Shown piece after piece: positions 37,766 to 48,260 of a DNA stretch of 64,000 bases. The DNA is from an uncultured Phycisphaeraceae bacterium (GTDB taxonomy: Bacteria; Planctomycetota; Phycisphaerae; Phycisphaerales; UBA1924). The notes under the pieces are model-generated. The model worked only from the letters and a program-made list of their open reading frames with translations, searched no databases and was not told the DNA's origin. The stretch lies in contig CAZNUZ010000003.1 in assembly GCA_964576725.1 (NCBI GenBank), positions 123 to 64,122 on the forward strand. The letters are read 5' to 3'. How positions within the stretch are numbered: the stretch's first letter is position 1; every line of letters begins with the position of its first letter. A program made the translations under genes and the position numbers.

Positions 37766-39229
37766 ATGATGACGAGCACCGCAACGCCCGCCGCCCCCGA
37801 GACGCGCATCGAGAAGGACACCATGGGCGAGATGACCGTGCCCGCTTCGGCGCTGTACGGCGCCTCGACCCAGCGCGCGGTCCTGAACTTCCCCGTCTCC
37901 GGGCGTCCTGTCCCCCCCGCTGTGGTCCGCGCGTACGGCCTGCTCAAGGCGGCGTGCGCACGCGTCAACATGGATCTCGAACGCCTCAACGCGCAGCGGG
38001 GGAGCGCGATCGTCGCCGCTGCCAATCAGATCGCTGCGGGCGAGCACATCGAGCACTTCCCCGTCGACGTCTTCCAGACCGGCTCGGGCACCTCGACCAA
38101 CATGAACGCCAACGAGGTCATCGCCAACCTCATCTGTGTCGCCTCCGGCGCTGCCATCGGCTCCTCGAAGAACGCCGACTACATCGGCGACAAAGAGACC
38201 GGCACCGGCGTGCACCCCAACGACCACGTGAACATGGGCCAGTCGTCGAACGACACGTTCCCCACCGCCATCCACGTCGCTGCGGCACTCGACATCCATC
38301 ACAACCTCGTCCCCAACCTCAAGCGCCTCGCCGACCAACTCGAGGCGAAGGCCAAAGCGTGGGACAGCGTGGTGAAGATCGGGCGGACGCACCTCCAGGA
38401 CGCGACGCCCATCCGGCTTGGGCAGGAGTTCGCGGGTTACGCGCAGCAGGCCCGCTACGCCATCGACCGCGCCGAGCGCGCGCTGCACGTGCTGCTCGAG
38501 CTGCCCATCGGCGGCACCGCCGTCGGCACGGGCATCAACACCCACCCCGAGTTCGATCAGCGCGTCTGCGCGAAGCTGAGCGACGCGACGGGCCTCGACT
38601 TCCGCGCCGCGCTCGACCACTGCGAGGCCCAGCACGCCAAGGACGCCTGCGTTGAAGCGTCGGGCCACATGAAGACCATCGCGGTCAGCCTCTCCAAGAT
38701 CGCCAACGACATCCGCTGGTTGGGCTCGGGCCCCCGCTGCGGCATCGGCGAGCTGAAGCTGCCCGCGGTGCAGCCCGGCTCTTCGATCATGCCCGGCAAG
38801 GTGAACCCGGTGATCTGCGAGGCCGTCATGATGGTCTCGTGCCAAGTCGTCGGCAACGACGCTGCGATCACCATGGGCGGGATGGGCGGCGTCGGCTCGA
38901 TCCTCGATCTCAATGTGGCGATGCCCGTGATCGCGGCCAACCTCATCGACTCCATCAACCTGCTGGCTAACGGCAGCGGCGTCTTTGTCGACAACCTCCT
39001 CGAGGGCCTCGAGCCCGATGAAGAGCGCTGCAACGAGCTCATCGAGGGCTCGTTGGCGATGTGCACCTCGCTTGTGCCCGTGATCGGGTACGACGCCTCG
39101 GCGGGCCTCGCCAAGAAGGCCTACGCCAACGGCAAGACCGTGCGCCAGGTCGCCATCGAGGACGGCGTGCTCTCGGAGGCCGAACTCTCGGACCTCCTCG
39201 ACCCCGCCTCGATGACCCGGCCCAGCTGA
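37766..39229 (+). CDS. class II fumarate hydratase / aspartate ammonia-lyase family enzyme
   Basis: GSSIMPGKVNP lyase-1 signature and TGSGTSTNMNANEV. Cannot discriminate FumC from AspA by eye. Confidence 0.85.
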   Translation: MMTSTATPAAPETRIEKDTMGEMTVPASALYGASTQRAVLNFPVSGRPVPPAVVRAYGLLKAACARVNMDLERLNAQRGSAIVAAANQIAAGEHIEHFPVDVFQTGSGTSTNMNANEVIANLICVASGAAIGSSKNADYIGDKETGTGVHPNDHVNMGQSSNDTFPTAIHVAAALDIHHNLVPNLKRLADQLEAKAKAWDSVVKIGRTHLQDATPIRLGQEFAGYAQQARYAIDRAERALHVLLELPIGGTAVGTGINTHPEFDQRVCAKLSDATGLDFRAALDHCEAQHAKDACVEASGHMKTIAVSLSKIANDIRWLGSGPRCGIGELKLPAVQPGSSIMPGKVNPVICEAVMMVSCQVVGNDAAITMGGMGGVGSILDLNVAMPVIAANLIDSINLLANGSGVFVDNLLEGLEPDEERCNELIEGSLAMCTSLVPVIGYDASAGLAKKAYANGKTVRQVAIEDGVLSEAELSDLLDPASMTRPS

Positions 39230-39355
39230 GTCCGAAGGCCCCGCAGGAAATTGTGAACCGTGGTGCAATGCGGCCTGAGGGGGCCGCGTTGTTCATGCGT
39301 GCCCGCACACGCCGCCTGGAGGGGGCAGCGGGCCGGATCACACGCAACCACGACG

Positions 39356-39381
39356 ATCAACGTCACCCATCAACGTCACCC
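39356..39381. repeat. perfect direct tandem repeat ATCAACGTCACCC x2 immediately upstream of RBS AAGGAG of the EF-hand protein gene
   Basis: Read directly in sequence: 39356-39368 and 39369-39381. Confidence 0.6.
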
Positions 39382-39394
39382 AAGGAGATCTGCC

Positions 39395-40315
39395 ATGAAG
39401 GCCATTCACGCTATCGCTGCGCTCACGCTCGCCTGTTCGACACTCTCTGTCGCCTCGGCGCAGCCGCAAGGCCCCCGCCCGGGCACCTTCGCCGGGGCCG
39501 AGGGCAAGCCGGGCGGCGAAAAGGGGCCAAGGGGGGATCGCGGGCCCCGCGGCGAGAAGGGGCAGAGGGGTGATCGCTCCATGCACCGCGCACGCTTGCT
39601 CGAGCGCTTCGATACCGACGGCGACGGCGAGCTCTCCGAATCCGAGCGCGAGGCCGCGAATGCCGAGCGGCAAGAGAAGATGCAGGAGCGCGCCACCGAG
39701 CGGGCGGCTCGAGCGCTCGAACGCTTCGACGCCAACGAGGACGGCGTGCTCGACGCAGACGAACTCACCGCGATGATCGCCGGCGGCATGCAGCGCGAAG
39801 CCCGCGAGGAACGACGCGAGCGCGGCAAGCGCGGGGCCATGAAGCACGCGATGAAACAGCGGTTCGATGCGAACGGCGACGGCGCGCTCGACGAGGGGGA
39901 GCGCGCCGCTGCGAAGGCCGCCATGCAAGAGCGGCGCGACGCGAAGAAGGCCGAGATCCTCGCGCAGTTCGACGCCGACGGCGACGGTGAGCTCAACGAA
40001 GACGAACGCACGAACGCACGCGAAGCCAAGCGCGCCGAGCGGGAGGCCAAGCGGGCCGAGATCATCGCCGAGTTCGACACCGACGGCGACGGCGAGCTCG
40101 ACGAGAACGAACGCACGAGCGCTCGCGAAGCACGCGAGCTCCAACGCCGGACGCGCGGCATCGACATCGACCGCAACGGCGAACTCGATTCCGAGGAGCT
40201 CAAGAACGCCGTCCGGCTCATCGAATCGGGCGACCCCGCGGGTGACCTCAACGGTGACGGCAAGACCGACGCGCTCGACATGAAAGTGCTGTTCGACGCC
40301 AAGCCCGCTGTCTAA
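39395..40315 (+). CDS. secreted EF-hand repeat protein with collagen-like G-x-y triplets, RGD motifs and C-terminal dockerin-like segment
   Basis: Signal peptide MKAIHAIAALTLACSTLSVASA. GEKGPRGDRGPRGEKGQRGDR triplets. Six DxDxDGxL EF-hand loops (FDTDGDGELSE, FDANEDGVLD, FDANGDGALD, FDADGDGELN, FDTDGDGELD, IDIDRNGELD). Terminal DLNGDGKTDALDMKVL. Confidence 0.75.
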   Translation: MKAIHAIAALTLACSTLSVASAQPQGPRPGTFAGAEGKPGGEKGPRGDRGPRGEKGQRGDRSMHRARLLERFDTDGDGELSESEREAANAERQEKMQERATERAARALERFDANEDGVLDADELTAMIAGGMQREAREERRERGKRGAMKHAMKQRFDANGDGALDEGERAAAKAAMQERRDAKKAEILAQFDADGDGELNEDERTNAREAKRAEREAKRAEIIAEFDTDGDGELDENERTSAREARELQRRTRGIDIDRNGELDSEELKNAVRLIESGDPAGDLNGDGKTDALDMKVLFDAKPAV

Positions 40316-40385
40316 ACAGCCGCTTGCTCTGATTTCCGCTCATGGTGCTCCGCCGCCCGCGCCCGACAGCGCCGGCGGCGTCTTT

Positions 40386-43382
40386 TTACCCCTCGACGCG
40401 CCGGGCTTCGAGCCGATCGGCGAGGAGCTCGACGGGGTGCAGGGCGTCTTTCCCGGTGCCGTCGTGGGTCTGGTGGCGGCAGCTCGTGCCCGGCGCGACG
40501 AGGACATCCGCCTCATCGAGCTCGCGCACCCGCGGGAAGAGCTTCAGCTCGCCGATGCTCATCGAGAGCTCGTAGCGGTCGGCGGTGTAGCCGAAGCTCC
40601 CCGCCATGCCGCAGCAGCCCGTGTCTAGAACGCGCACGCGCTCCGAGCCAAACGCTCGCCCGAGCATGCGCGCGCTTGTGCCCGCGCCCCAGAGCGCCTT
40701 CTGGTGGCAGTGCGCGTGCAGCACGACTTGGCCCGTAGGTGCTGAGAACGTCGGCCGAACGGGCAGCTCGTTCCAGTGACGATCGACGAAGTCTTCCACG
40801 AGCATCGAGGCCTCTGCAACGTCGGAGCGGCGCGTGCGATCGGCATCAGAAAGACCGGAGTAGGCGAGCCACTCGTCTTTGACCGCGCTCAGGCACGAAG
40901 GCTCGCAGAAGAGGTACCCGCGCGGGCGGTTGGGGACCGACGCGAGCGTGCGGGCGGCTTCTTCGGCCCAGCGCTTCGCCTCGTCCAAGAGGCCCGTCGA
41001 GATCGCGGCCCGGCCGCAGCACTCCACGCCCGGAACGAGCACGCGGAGCCCGCAGGCGTTGAGTAGCTTGATCGACGCGATCCCGATGCGCGGATCGTTG
41101 TACGCCGTGAAACAGTCCGCGTAGAGCACCACGTAGGGCGCATCGATCTCCACACCCGCGTTGAACCAGTCGCCCTCCCTTATCGCAGCGAAGAGCGAGC
41201 GTTCGAACCGCGGGAGCGTGCGCTCTTTCGCAAGGCCGAGCAGGGGGTTCGCAAGAGCGCGGTGCAGGGGGTTGTTGGCGACCCAGTTGCTGAGCGGCGC
41301 GAAGCGTGATCCGAGCTTGTTGAGCGCGCGCACGTTGCCGAACACGCGGGCCGCGATCGGCTTCTTGCCCGCGTGCTCGTAGCTCTGGGCGAGGTACTCG
41401 GCCTTGTACTGCGCGACATCGACGTTGCTCGGGCACTCCGTCTTGCACGCCTTGCACGAGAGGCACATGCGGAGCGTCTCTTTCGTCTCCGCGTCGTCCC
41501 ACGCCGGCGCGCCCGATGCCGAGAGTTGCCCGGTGATGGCCATGCGGAGGGCGTTGCCCCGGCCGCGCGTAGAGTGGCGCTCGTCGAGGGTCGCCATGTA
41601 CGACGGGCACATCGTCCCGCCCTGCGTCTTTCGACAGACACCGGCGCCGTTGCAGAGCTCGACGGCGTGATCGAACCCGCCCTCGGCCTCGTACCCGAAG
41701 TGTGTCTGCACGCTGGGCGTATGCACCTGCGTCCCCGAGGGCGACACGCGCGTGGACTCGTGGATTGAGCGGACATCGCCCGGGGCCACGATGTTCCCGG
41801 GGTTCATGAGCCCATCGGGGTCGAAGAGCGCCTTGAGGTCGCGGAACGCCTCCATCAGGTTCGGCCCGAAGTGGCGCTCGATGAAGGGGCCGCGTGCTTT
41901 GCCGTCGCCGTGCTCGCCCGACATCACGCCGCCGAGCTCGCGTGCCAGGTCGGCGGCCTCTGTTGCGATGCCCTCCATCGCCTTGCGGTCGTCGTCGGAG
42001 CGCAGGTTCAGCAGCGGGCGCACGTGCAAGACGCCGACGGAGGCGTGCGCATAGAACGCGCCGCGTGTGCCGTGCTTCTCGATGATCGCGCGGAGGCGCG
42101 TGACGAACTCGCCCAGGCGTTCGACGGGCACCGCGTTGTCCTCGATAAAGCCCAGCGGCTTGCGGTCGCCCGGGAGCGCGTGCAGCAGGGGCTCGCCCGC
42201 CTTGCGCAGCTTCAGCGCACCGGCCATGTCTTCGGGGCTTGCGATGTGACGCACGCGCGCACCGGCCGAGTGCTCCGCCATCGTGCTCCGCACACGCTCG
42301 ATGCGCTGCTCGATATCCGCCTCGCCCTCGTCGGAGAAGAACTCGACGTAGAGCACCGCCTCGAGATCACCCCGCTCCGGCGCGGGCATCAGGGGGACGT
42401 ACCGGCTGTACTCGGTGTTGCGCTTGGCGAGTGAGATCACCAGATCGTCGAGGAGCTCCACAGCACTCGGGCCGAGCTCGAGCAGCGTCGGGACCGCTGC
42501 GATCGCCTGATCCAACGATGAAAAGCCAACGACGGCGAGCCCGCGCGCCTTCGGCAGCGGGTGCAGCTTGAGCCTGGCCTTGGTGACGAACGCGAGGCTC
42601 CCCTCGCTGCCGCAGATAAGGGGCGTGAGGTTGAGCCGGTCATCGCCCGTGCCGGCGTCGATCTGCCGGAGCACATCGTCGAGCGCGAAGCCCGCGTTGC
42701 GTCGGACGGTCTTAGGGAAGCGCTCGCGGATCTCGACTTGGTGCTGCCGGCAGAGCGCCGCGACGCCTTCGCGGAGCGTGCGCACGGGCCCGCCCTCCGC
42801 GGGCGCGTCGTCGAGCCAGACGCGCGAGCCCGTGGGCAGGAGCACCTCGATGGCTTCGACGTTCTCGCAGGTCCTGCCGTACTTGATCGACCGGGTGCCG
42901 GCCGCGTTGTTGCCGATCGCGCCGCCGATCGCGCACTGCTTAGAAGTCGACGGGTCGGGCGCGAAGAAGAGCCCGTAGGGCTCGAGGTGTGTGTTGAGGT
43001 CGTCGATGGTGATGCCGGGCTCGACGGTCGCCGTCCGCGCCTCCGGGTCGACGCTCAGCACGCGGCGCATGGTGGGCGATACATCGATGACGACGGCGTG
43101 GTTGGTGCACTGGCCGGCGAGCGACGTGCCCCCGCCGCGCGGGAGCATCGGCAGCCCGCGTTCGGCGCAGAGACGGACGACCGCCTCGAGGTCGTCGGCG
43201 TCGGCGGGGATGACAACACCGATCGGCTCTTCCTGATAGATGCTGGCGTCGGTGGCGTAGAGCGCCCGGTCGTGCGCACCGAAGCGCACGTGCCCGCGCA
43301 CAGCAGCGCGCAGCGCCCGCTCGTGGGCGCTGCGCAGGGCGTCGGAATCGACTCGCACTGGCTGGAGGGGCGTCGTCGTCAT
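40386..43382 (-). CDS. FAD-linked oxidase fused to Fe-S/CCG-domain oxidoreductase (YdiJ/GlcD-GlcF-like), 998 aa
   Basis: FAD_binding_4 motifs (PRGGGTSLAGQ), a central CxxCxxCxxxCP ferredoxin-like motif (CLSCKACKTECP), and C-terminal cysteine-rich CCG domains (CCGMAGSFG). Confidence 0.82.
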   Translation of the reverse strand: MTTTPLQPVRVDSDALRSAHERALRAAVRGHVRFGAHDRALYATDASIYQEEPIGVVIPADADDLEAVVRLCAERGLPMLPRGGGTSLAGQCTNHAVVIDVSPTMRRVLSVDPEARTATVEPGITIDDLNTHLEPYGLFFAPDPSTSKQCAIGGAIGNNAAGTRSIKYGRTCENVEAIEVLLPTGSRVWLDDAPAEGGPVRTLREGVAALCRQHQVEIRERFPKTVRRNAGFALDDVLRQIDAGTGDDRLNLTPLICGSEGSLAFVTKARLKLHPLPKARGLAVVGFSSLDQAIAAVPTLLELGPSAVELLDDLVISLAKRNTEYSRYVPLMPAPERGDLEAVLYVEFFSDEGEADIEQRIERVRSTMAEHSAGARVRHIASPEDMAGALKLRKAGEPLLHALPGDRKPLGFIEDNAVPVERLGEFVTRLRAIIEKHGTRGAFYAHASVGVLHVRPLLNLRSDDDRKAMEGIATEAADLARELGGVMSGEHGDGKARGPFIERHFGPNLMEAFRDLKALFDPDGLMNPGNIVAPGDVRSIHESTRVSPSGTQVHTPSVQTHFGYEAEGGFDHAVELCNGAGVCRKTQGGTMCPSYMATLDERHSTRGRGNALRMAITGQLSASGAPAWDDAETKETLRMCLSCKACKTECPSNVDVAQYKAEYLAQSYEHAGKKPIAARVFGNVRALNKLGSRFAPLSNWVANNPLHRALANPLLGLAKERTLPRFERSLFAAIREGDWFNAGVEIDAPYVVLYADCFTAYNDPRIGIASIKLLNACGLRVLVPGVECCGRAAISTGLLDEAKRWAEEAARTLASVPNRPRGYLFCEPSCLSAVKDEWLAYSGLSDADRTRRSDVAEASMLVEDFVDRHWNELPVRPTFSAPTGQVVLHAHCHQKALWGAGTSARMLGRAFGSERVRVLDTGCCGMAGSFGYTADRYELSMSIGELKLFPRVRELDEADVLVAPGTSCRHQTHDGTGKDALHPVELLADRLEARRVEG

Positions 43383-43442
43383 CGGGTGTACACGATACCC
43401 GGCTGCGCCCGCCCGCCCCGCGAGCGCGTAGGTGGGCGCGGG

Positions 43443-45002
43443 TTACTCGTTGCCCGCCTCTTCGTCCTGGTCGCGGACCATGGAATCGAGCATGGTGCCG
43501 ATGAGCGCCGTCGTCGAAGCGTCGGCCTCGGTGCCTGCGTTTCCGTTGACCATCACGCGGGGCGTGATCTCGATGCCCTCCTGGCCCACGACCTTGAGCA
43601 GCTCGATGAGGGCCGCGTTCCCCGCGCCGATCTGCTGGGCGATCATGCGGAAGGCGTCGGCCTGGGCCGCGGCGCGGATGGCGATCGCCTCGGCCTCGGC
43701 CTGGGCGGCGATGATCGCCTGCTGCTTGTTCTCCTCAGCGATCTTCACCTCGTAGGTCGCCGTCGCGAGGCGGCGCTCCTCCTCGGCCTCCTGCTGGGTG
43801 CGGGTGAGCTGCTTCTTCTGCTCGGCGGCGCGCTGCTGCTCCTGGAAGGTCTCCTGCTCCTGCAGCGCGATCTCGCGGTTGGTCTGCGTCTCGAGGAGGT
43901 TCTGCCACTCTTCGTTGTCGTCGTCGCCCAGGTCTGCGATGCGGACGGCGGTGATGGTCACGCCGTACGCCTTCATCTCCTCAGCAAGCATCTCCGTCGA
44001 GCGCACTTCCTGCTCGGACCGCTGCTGGACGTAGTTCAGGGCCTTTACGTCCTGGGCGTTGTTCCGGAAGATGCCGCGGAGTGAGCCGGCGAGGAACTGG
44101 CGCAGCCCGTCTTGGTCGTCGCCCAAAGAAGCGACGACGAGGGGCGCGTCTTCGGGGGCGATCTTGTAGAAGACGCGGACATCGACTGGGAACTCGAAGC
44201 CGTCGGTGGTGCGCACCTCGATGGCGTCCTGGTTCTTGCCGTCTTCCTCGTCGGTGAACTCGAGCATGTTCTCTTTGGTGGAGACGGTGGTGACCTCGTA
44301 GGCCTGCTCGTTGAGCGGGTGCACGCCGGGCGAGAGGGGCGTCTCCCAGATGCCCTTGCTGCCACGTGGCACGATCTTGTCGCCGCTGCCGTCGCCTTCG
44401 CCGGTGTTGGACTTCACGACGCCGACCGCTGCGCGGGGGATGTTGACGACGGGCCGCTGCTCCACCTTGAAGAGCTTGGGGTTGATGCGGTACTTGCCGG
44501 GCTTGAGGACCGTGACCTGGGCGCCCTTGAAGCCGCCGCCCGCTGTGAGGAAGTGCTGGGCGTCGAGCATCTGCTGGACGTCCTCCTCGGCCCACTCGGG
44601 CGCGAAGAACTGGTCCTGCGGGAGGGGGAGGCCGTCGAAGGTGGTGATGACGCCGACGTTGCCCTGCTCGATGCTGACGATGGGCTGGAGCTCGATGTCG
44701 TAGATGACGGGCCAGTAGCCGAAGTGCCACCCGGGCGGGAGGATCTTGGCCTGCGGGCCCATCTCGCCTTCGGTCGCGACGATCTGCCCGGAGGGGAGGC
44801 TCGGGCCCAGCGCGTTCTTGATGATCACGCCCACGGAGTTTTCGTTCACGAAGCGCACCGAGCTGAACCCGATGCCCGCGAGGATGAAGGCGATCGCTAC
44901 GACCGCAGCGGCCCCGCGCACGGATTTGTTGTCGATCCTGAGTGTGCTCGCGACGATCGCGACAGCCAGGAAGAACCCGATGATGATGGACACGAATCCC
45001 AT
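43443..45002 (-). CDS. SPFH/band-7 (flotillin-like) membrane protein
   Basis: N-terminal TM helices, SPFH domain, long Glu/Gln/Ala-rich coiled-coil (EQETFQEQQRAAEQKKQ...AEAEAIAIRAAAQ). Confidence 0.82.
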   Translation of the reverse strand: MGFVSIIIGFFLAVAIVASTLRIDNKSVRGAAAVVAIAFILAGIGFSSVRFVNENSVGVIIKNALGPSLPSGQIVATEGEMGPQAKILPPGWHFGYWPVIYDIELQPIVSIEQGNVGVITTFDGLPLPQDQFFAPEWAEEDVQQMLDAQHFLTAGGGFKGAQVTVLKPGKYRINPKLFKVEQRPVVNIPRAAVGVVKSNTGEGDGSGDKIVPRGSKGIWETPLSPGVHPLNEQAYEVTTVSTKENMLEFTDEEDGKNQDAIEVRTTDGFEFPVDVRVFYKIAPEDAPLVVASLGDDQDGLRQFLAGSLRGIFRNNAQDVKALNYVQQRSEQEVRSTEMLAEEMKAYGVTITAVRIADLGDDDNEEWQNLLETQTNREIALQEQETFQEQQRAAEQKKQLTRTQQEAEEERRLATATYEVKIAEENKQQAIIAAQAEAEAIAIRAAAQADAFRMIAQQIGAGNAALIELLKVVGQEGIEITPRVMVNGNAGTEADASTTALIGTMLDSMVRDQDEEAGNE

Positions 45003-45183
45003 GAACGCTGCTCCTTTTTGCGCCGCTCAGGTGGTGGCGATGCGATGGAAATATACCCCGCAGCCGGTGCGCCGCCGTGTCCCGCTGGGCATGAAAGGGG
45101 ACGCCCTGTTTTCCCAAGCGCAGAGGCGCCTCGGTTGTCTTGGCGGGCGCTGGTGTTGGCTTCGAGGCGGACTCATTCGCAAA

Positions 45184-45212
45184 TGTAAAACGCCCCGCTT
45201 GTTGCGGGGCGC
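45184..45212 (-). terminator. rho-independent terminator of gap
   Basis: On the minus strand GCGCCCCGC-aacaa-GCGGGGCG followed by TTTTAC. Confidence 0.55.
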
Positions 45213-45251
45213 CTAGTCAAGTCTGGAGGTCGAGACTGGATGATCGGCTGA

Positions 45252-46274
45252 TCAGCCCAGGCCGTCCTTCTCCGCCATCATCTTGAGCATGTCGATGCAT
45301 CGGGAGGCGTAGCCCCACTCGTTGTCGTACCACGAGACGATCTTGAAGAAGGTGCTGTTGAGCTCGATGCCGGCGTTGGCGTCGTAGATCGAGCTGGCGG
45401 GGTGGGTGATGAAGTCGGAGGAGACGACCTGATCCTCGGTGTACTCGAGGACGCCGTTCATCGCGCCGGCGGCGGTGGACTGCATCGCCTTGTTGATCTC
45501 GGCGAGGCTCGTCTCCTTGGCGGTCTTGAAGGTGAGGTCGACGCAGGAGACATCGACGGTGGGCACGCGGAAGGCCATGCCGGTGATCTTGCCCTTGAGC
45601 TGGGGCAGGCAGAGGCCGACGGCCTTCGCAGCGCCGGTGCTGGCGGGGATGATGTTGGCGTAGGCGTTGCGGCCGCCGCGCCAGTCCTTCTTGGAGGGGC
45701 CGTCCTGGGTGGGCTGGGTCGCGGTGGCGGCGTGGACGGTCGTCATGAGGCCTTCGGCGAGGCCGAAGTGGTCGTCGATCACCTTGGCGACGGGGGCGAG
45801 GCAGTTGGTGGTGCACGAGGCGTTGGAGAGGACCTTGTGCTGGTCGGGGTTGTACTGCTCGTGGTTTACCTTGTAGACGAAGGTGGGGACCTCGTCGGGC
45901 GTTTTGGTGGGCGCAGAGATGAGCACGCGCTTCGCGCCGCCGGAATCCACGTGCTTCATCGCGTCGGGCTTGGCGGTGAAGAGGCCGGTCGCCTCGAGGA
46001 CGTAGTCCACGCCCAGATCACCCCATTTGATGGCAGCGGGGTCGCGCTCGGCGAAGGTCTTGGTGGTCTTGCCGCCGACGGTGAAGGAGTCTTCGGTCGC
46101 CGAGACGTCCTCGTGCATGCGCCCGTGCATGGTGTCGTACTTGAGGAGGTAGGCGAGGTTGTCGGCGGGGACCAGGTCGTTGACTGCGACGACCTCGATG
46201 CCCTGAGCGAGGCCCGCGCGGTAGGCGAGACGCCCGATGCGGCCGAAACCGTTGATGCCGATGCGGAGAGCCAT
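45252..46274 (-). CDS. gap: glyceraldehyde-3-phosphate dehydrogenase
   Basis: [12 protein letters not shown]-binding motif, [10 protein letters not shown] active-site Cys. Confidence 0.93.
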   Translation of the reverse strand: MALRIGINGFGRIGRLAYRAGLAQGIEVVAVNDLVPADNLAYLLKYDTMHGRMHEDVSATEDSFTVGGKTTKTFAERDPAAIKWGDLGVDYVLEATGLFTAKPDAMKHVDSGGAKRVLISAPTKTPDEVPTFVYKVNHEQYNPDQHKVLSNASCTTNCLAPVAKVIDDHFGLAEGLMTTVHAATATQPTQDGPSKKDWRGGRNAYANIIPASTGAAKAVGLCLPQLKGKITGMAFRVPTVDVSCVDLTFKTAKETSLAEINKAMQSTAAGAMNGVLEYTEDQVVSSDFITHPASSIYDANAGIELNSTFFKIVSWYDNEWGYASRCIDMLKMMAEKDGLG

Positions 46275-46525
46275 AGCGCACAATTCCTTTCGGGTCCGGC
46301 CGCGGGCCTGCTTCCGCCGGCGGCCGGGAGTCTGTGGTAGAGAGGGGGAACATCACCCCGAAGAACGGCCCGCTGGGGCCCGATCGGGGAACCGAACACT
46401 AGGGGTCCGCCCTCATTTCTTCCATGCTGGCGGGCATCTCGGGCCGCCCGCCCGGGGGCACAACCAAGCCGCCCGCGGGCTGTACAAATCACCGATTACG
46501 CACAAGAGGGTTGGAGCAGCCGCAG

Positions 46526-48208
46526 ATGCATCAGACCGTTACGCACGCCGATCCCGCTGCACCCGCGGGCCATGATCTCGACCACGCCCCGGCACCGGCC
46601 CGTCCCCCCGCTCGGCGGGCCCGCAGCCAGGTCCGCACTGGGGCCCGCAAAGTGGACTCTTCCACAGGGAACTCTCCAAGTCGCTCCCGCAGCGCACCGA
46701 GACGCCGGCCATGGGCCCTTGTTTGCACACTCTTTGCGCTCGCGCTGGCCCTCCCACTCGCGCCGGCGCGGGCCGCTGATGCGGATATTCAGGAGGTCGA
46801 CCGCTACTACGTGATCAACACGGGCGGCGAGAAGGCCGGCTGGATGCGCGAGACCGTCGAGATCCTCGCGGATGGGAACATCCTCACCTCGAGCCACATG
46901 GAGATGAAGATCGACCGCATGGGCACGCCCGTCGAGCTCACGATGAAGACGACCTTCCTCGAAGACGCCCGCGGCGAGGCCATCGAGATGACCGCGGCCC
47001 AGAACTTCGGCGGGCAGGCCATCGCCACTCGCTACGAGTTCCGGGAAGACGGCGTGGTGCAGACCGTCGAGCAGATGGGCCGGGAGCTGACCTCGCGCGC
47101 ACCGTTGCCCGCGGGCGAGTGGTTCACGCCGGGCGAGGCGCGGCAATTCGTCGCCAAGCGCCTGCGGGCGGGGGCGCAGGAGATCTCCTACCGCGTGCTC
47201 GACCCGTCATCCGGGCTCACGCCGATCTCGAACCAGCACCGCGTCATCGGCGAGACGACGACGCGGGTGCTCGGCAAAGCCGTCCCGGCGATCGAGTGGG
47301 AGATCGCCACCTCCGCGGTGCAGGGGCTCACGACGCGCGAGTTCGTCGACGAGAACGGCGACGCCCTGCGCTACTCGATCACGACCGGCGGGATCGACAT
47401 GGAGATCGTGGCCGCCGACGAGCGCTTCGCCAAGGCCGAATTCGACGCGCCCGAGCTCATGTCGCGCACCTTCGTCTCGACGGACGCACCCATCAAAGAC
47501 GCGCGCACCAGCCGCAAGGCCTCGTACATCGTGCGCATCGACGAGGGCACGATGCCCGAGTTCCTGAACGCCGGCGTCCAGCGTGTCGAACGCATCGACG
47601 ACCAGACCCTCCGCGTGCGCGTCGATCTGGCAAGGCCCGCCGCTGCTCAGGTCGGCGATGAAGAGCGGGCCGAGCTGCTCACGCCCTCTGCGTACATCGA
47701 CTCGGACGACCCGCGCATCATCGAGCTCGCCCGACGAGCGCTGCGCGAGGCCGGGCTCGACAGAGGCGCGAGCGACGGCGACAAGGCGCGCGCGTTCGAG
47801 CTCTTCGTGCACAACTACGTGGAGTACAAGCTCCTAGGCGTGGGCTTCGCGACGGCCTCCGAGGTCTGCCGTACGCGGCAGGGCGACTGCACCGAGCACG
47901 GGGTCCTCCTCGCGGCACTCTGCCGCACGCAGGGCATCCCCTCCCGCGTCATCACCGGGCTCGTCTACGTCAACGAGTTCGAGGGCGCGACGGATATCTT
48001 CGCCTACCACATGTGGACCCAGGCGCTGCTCGAAGACACCACCGGCGTAGAACGCTGGGTCGATCTCGATGCCGCCATCTACCCGATGGACGCGACGCAC
48101 ATCGCGATCGATGCGTCGGCGCTGGCAGCGAGTGACCCCGTCGGCGCGATGATCGGCACGGTGCAGATACTGGGCCAGCTGCGCGTGGAAGTCGAGTCCG
48201 TCGACTAA
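46526..48208 (+). CDS. transglutaminase-like cysteine protease-domain protein, secreted (start uncertain; signal peptide RRRPWALVCTLFALALALPLAPARA lies about 90 codons into the ORF, in-frame GTG near 46655 possible)
   Basis: C-terminal TGase core CRTRQGDCTEHGVLLAALCRTQGIPSRVITGLVY...YHMW...D. Confidence 0.65.
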   Translation: MHQTVTHADPAAPAGHDLDHAPAPARPPARRARSQVRTGARKVDSSTGNSPSRSRSAPRRRPWALVCTLFALALALPLAPARAADADIQEVDRYYVINTGGEKAGWMRETVEILADGNILTSSHMEMKIDRMGTPVELTMKTTFLEDARGEAIEMTAAQNFGGQAIATRYEFREDGVVQTVEQMGRELTSRAPLPAGEWFTPGEARQFVAKRLRAGAQEISYRVLDPSSGLTPISNQHRVIGETTTRVLGKAVPAIEWEIATSAVQGLTTREFVDENGDALRYSITTGGIDMEIVAADERFAKAEFDAPELMSRTFVSTDAPIKDARTSRKASYIVRIDEGTMPEFLNAGVQRVERIDDQTLRVRVDLARPAAAQVGDEERAELLTPSAYIDSDDPRIIELARRALREAGLDRGASDGDKARAFELFVHNYVEYKLLGVGFATASEVCRTRQGDCTEHGVLLAALCRTQGIPSRVITGLVYVNEFEGATDIFAYHMWTQALLEDTTGVERWVDLDAAIYPMDATHIAIDASALAASDPVGAMIGTVQILGQLRVEVESVD

Positions 48209-48260
48209 CCCCCGGCCCAGCCCCCCGGACAGTCTCTGCCGGTCTTGCTAGGCTCAGACG

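Noticed and set aside
37259-39268. 669-aa minus-strand ORF
   Set aside because: Antisense to the fumarase/aspartase-family gene with GSSIMPGKVNP signature. Gly/Arg/Val-rich artefact.
44112-45188. 358-aa plus-strand ORF
   Set aside because: Antisense to the SPFH/flotillin-like gene. No motifs.
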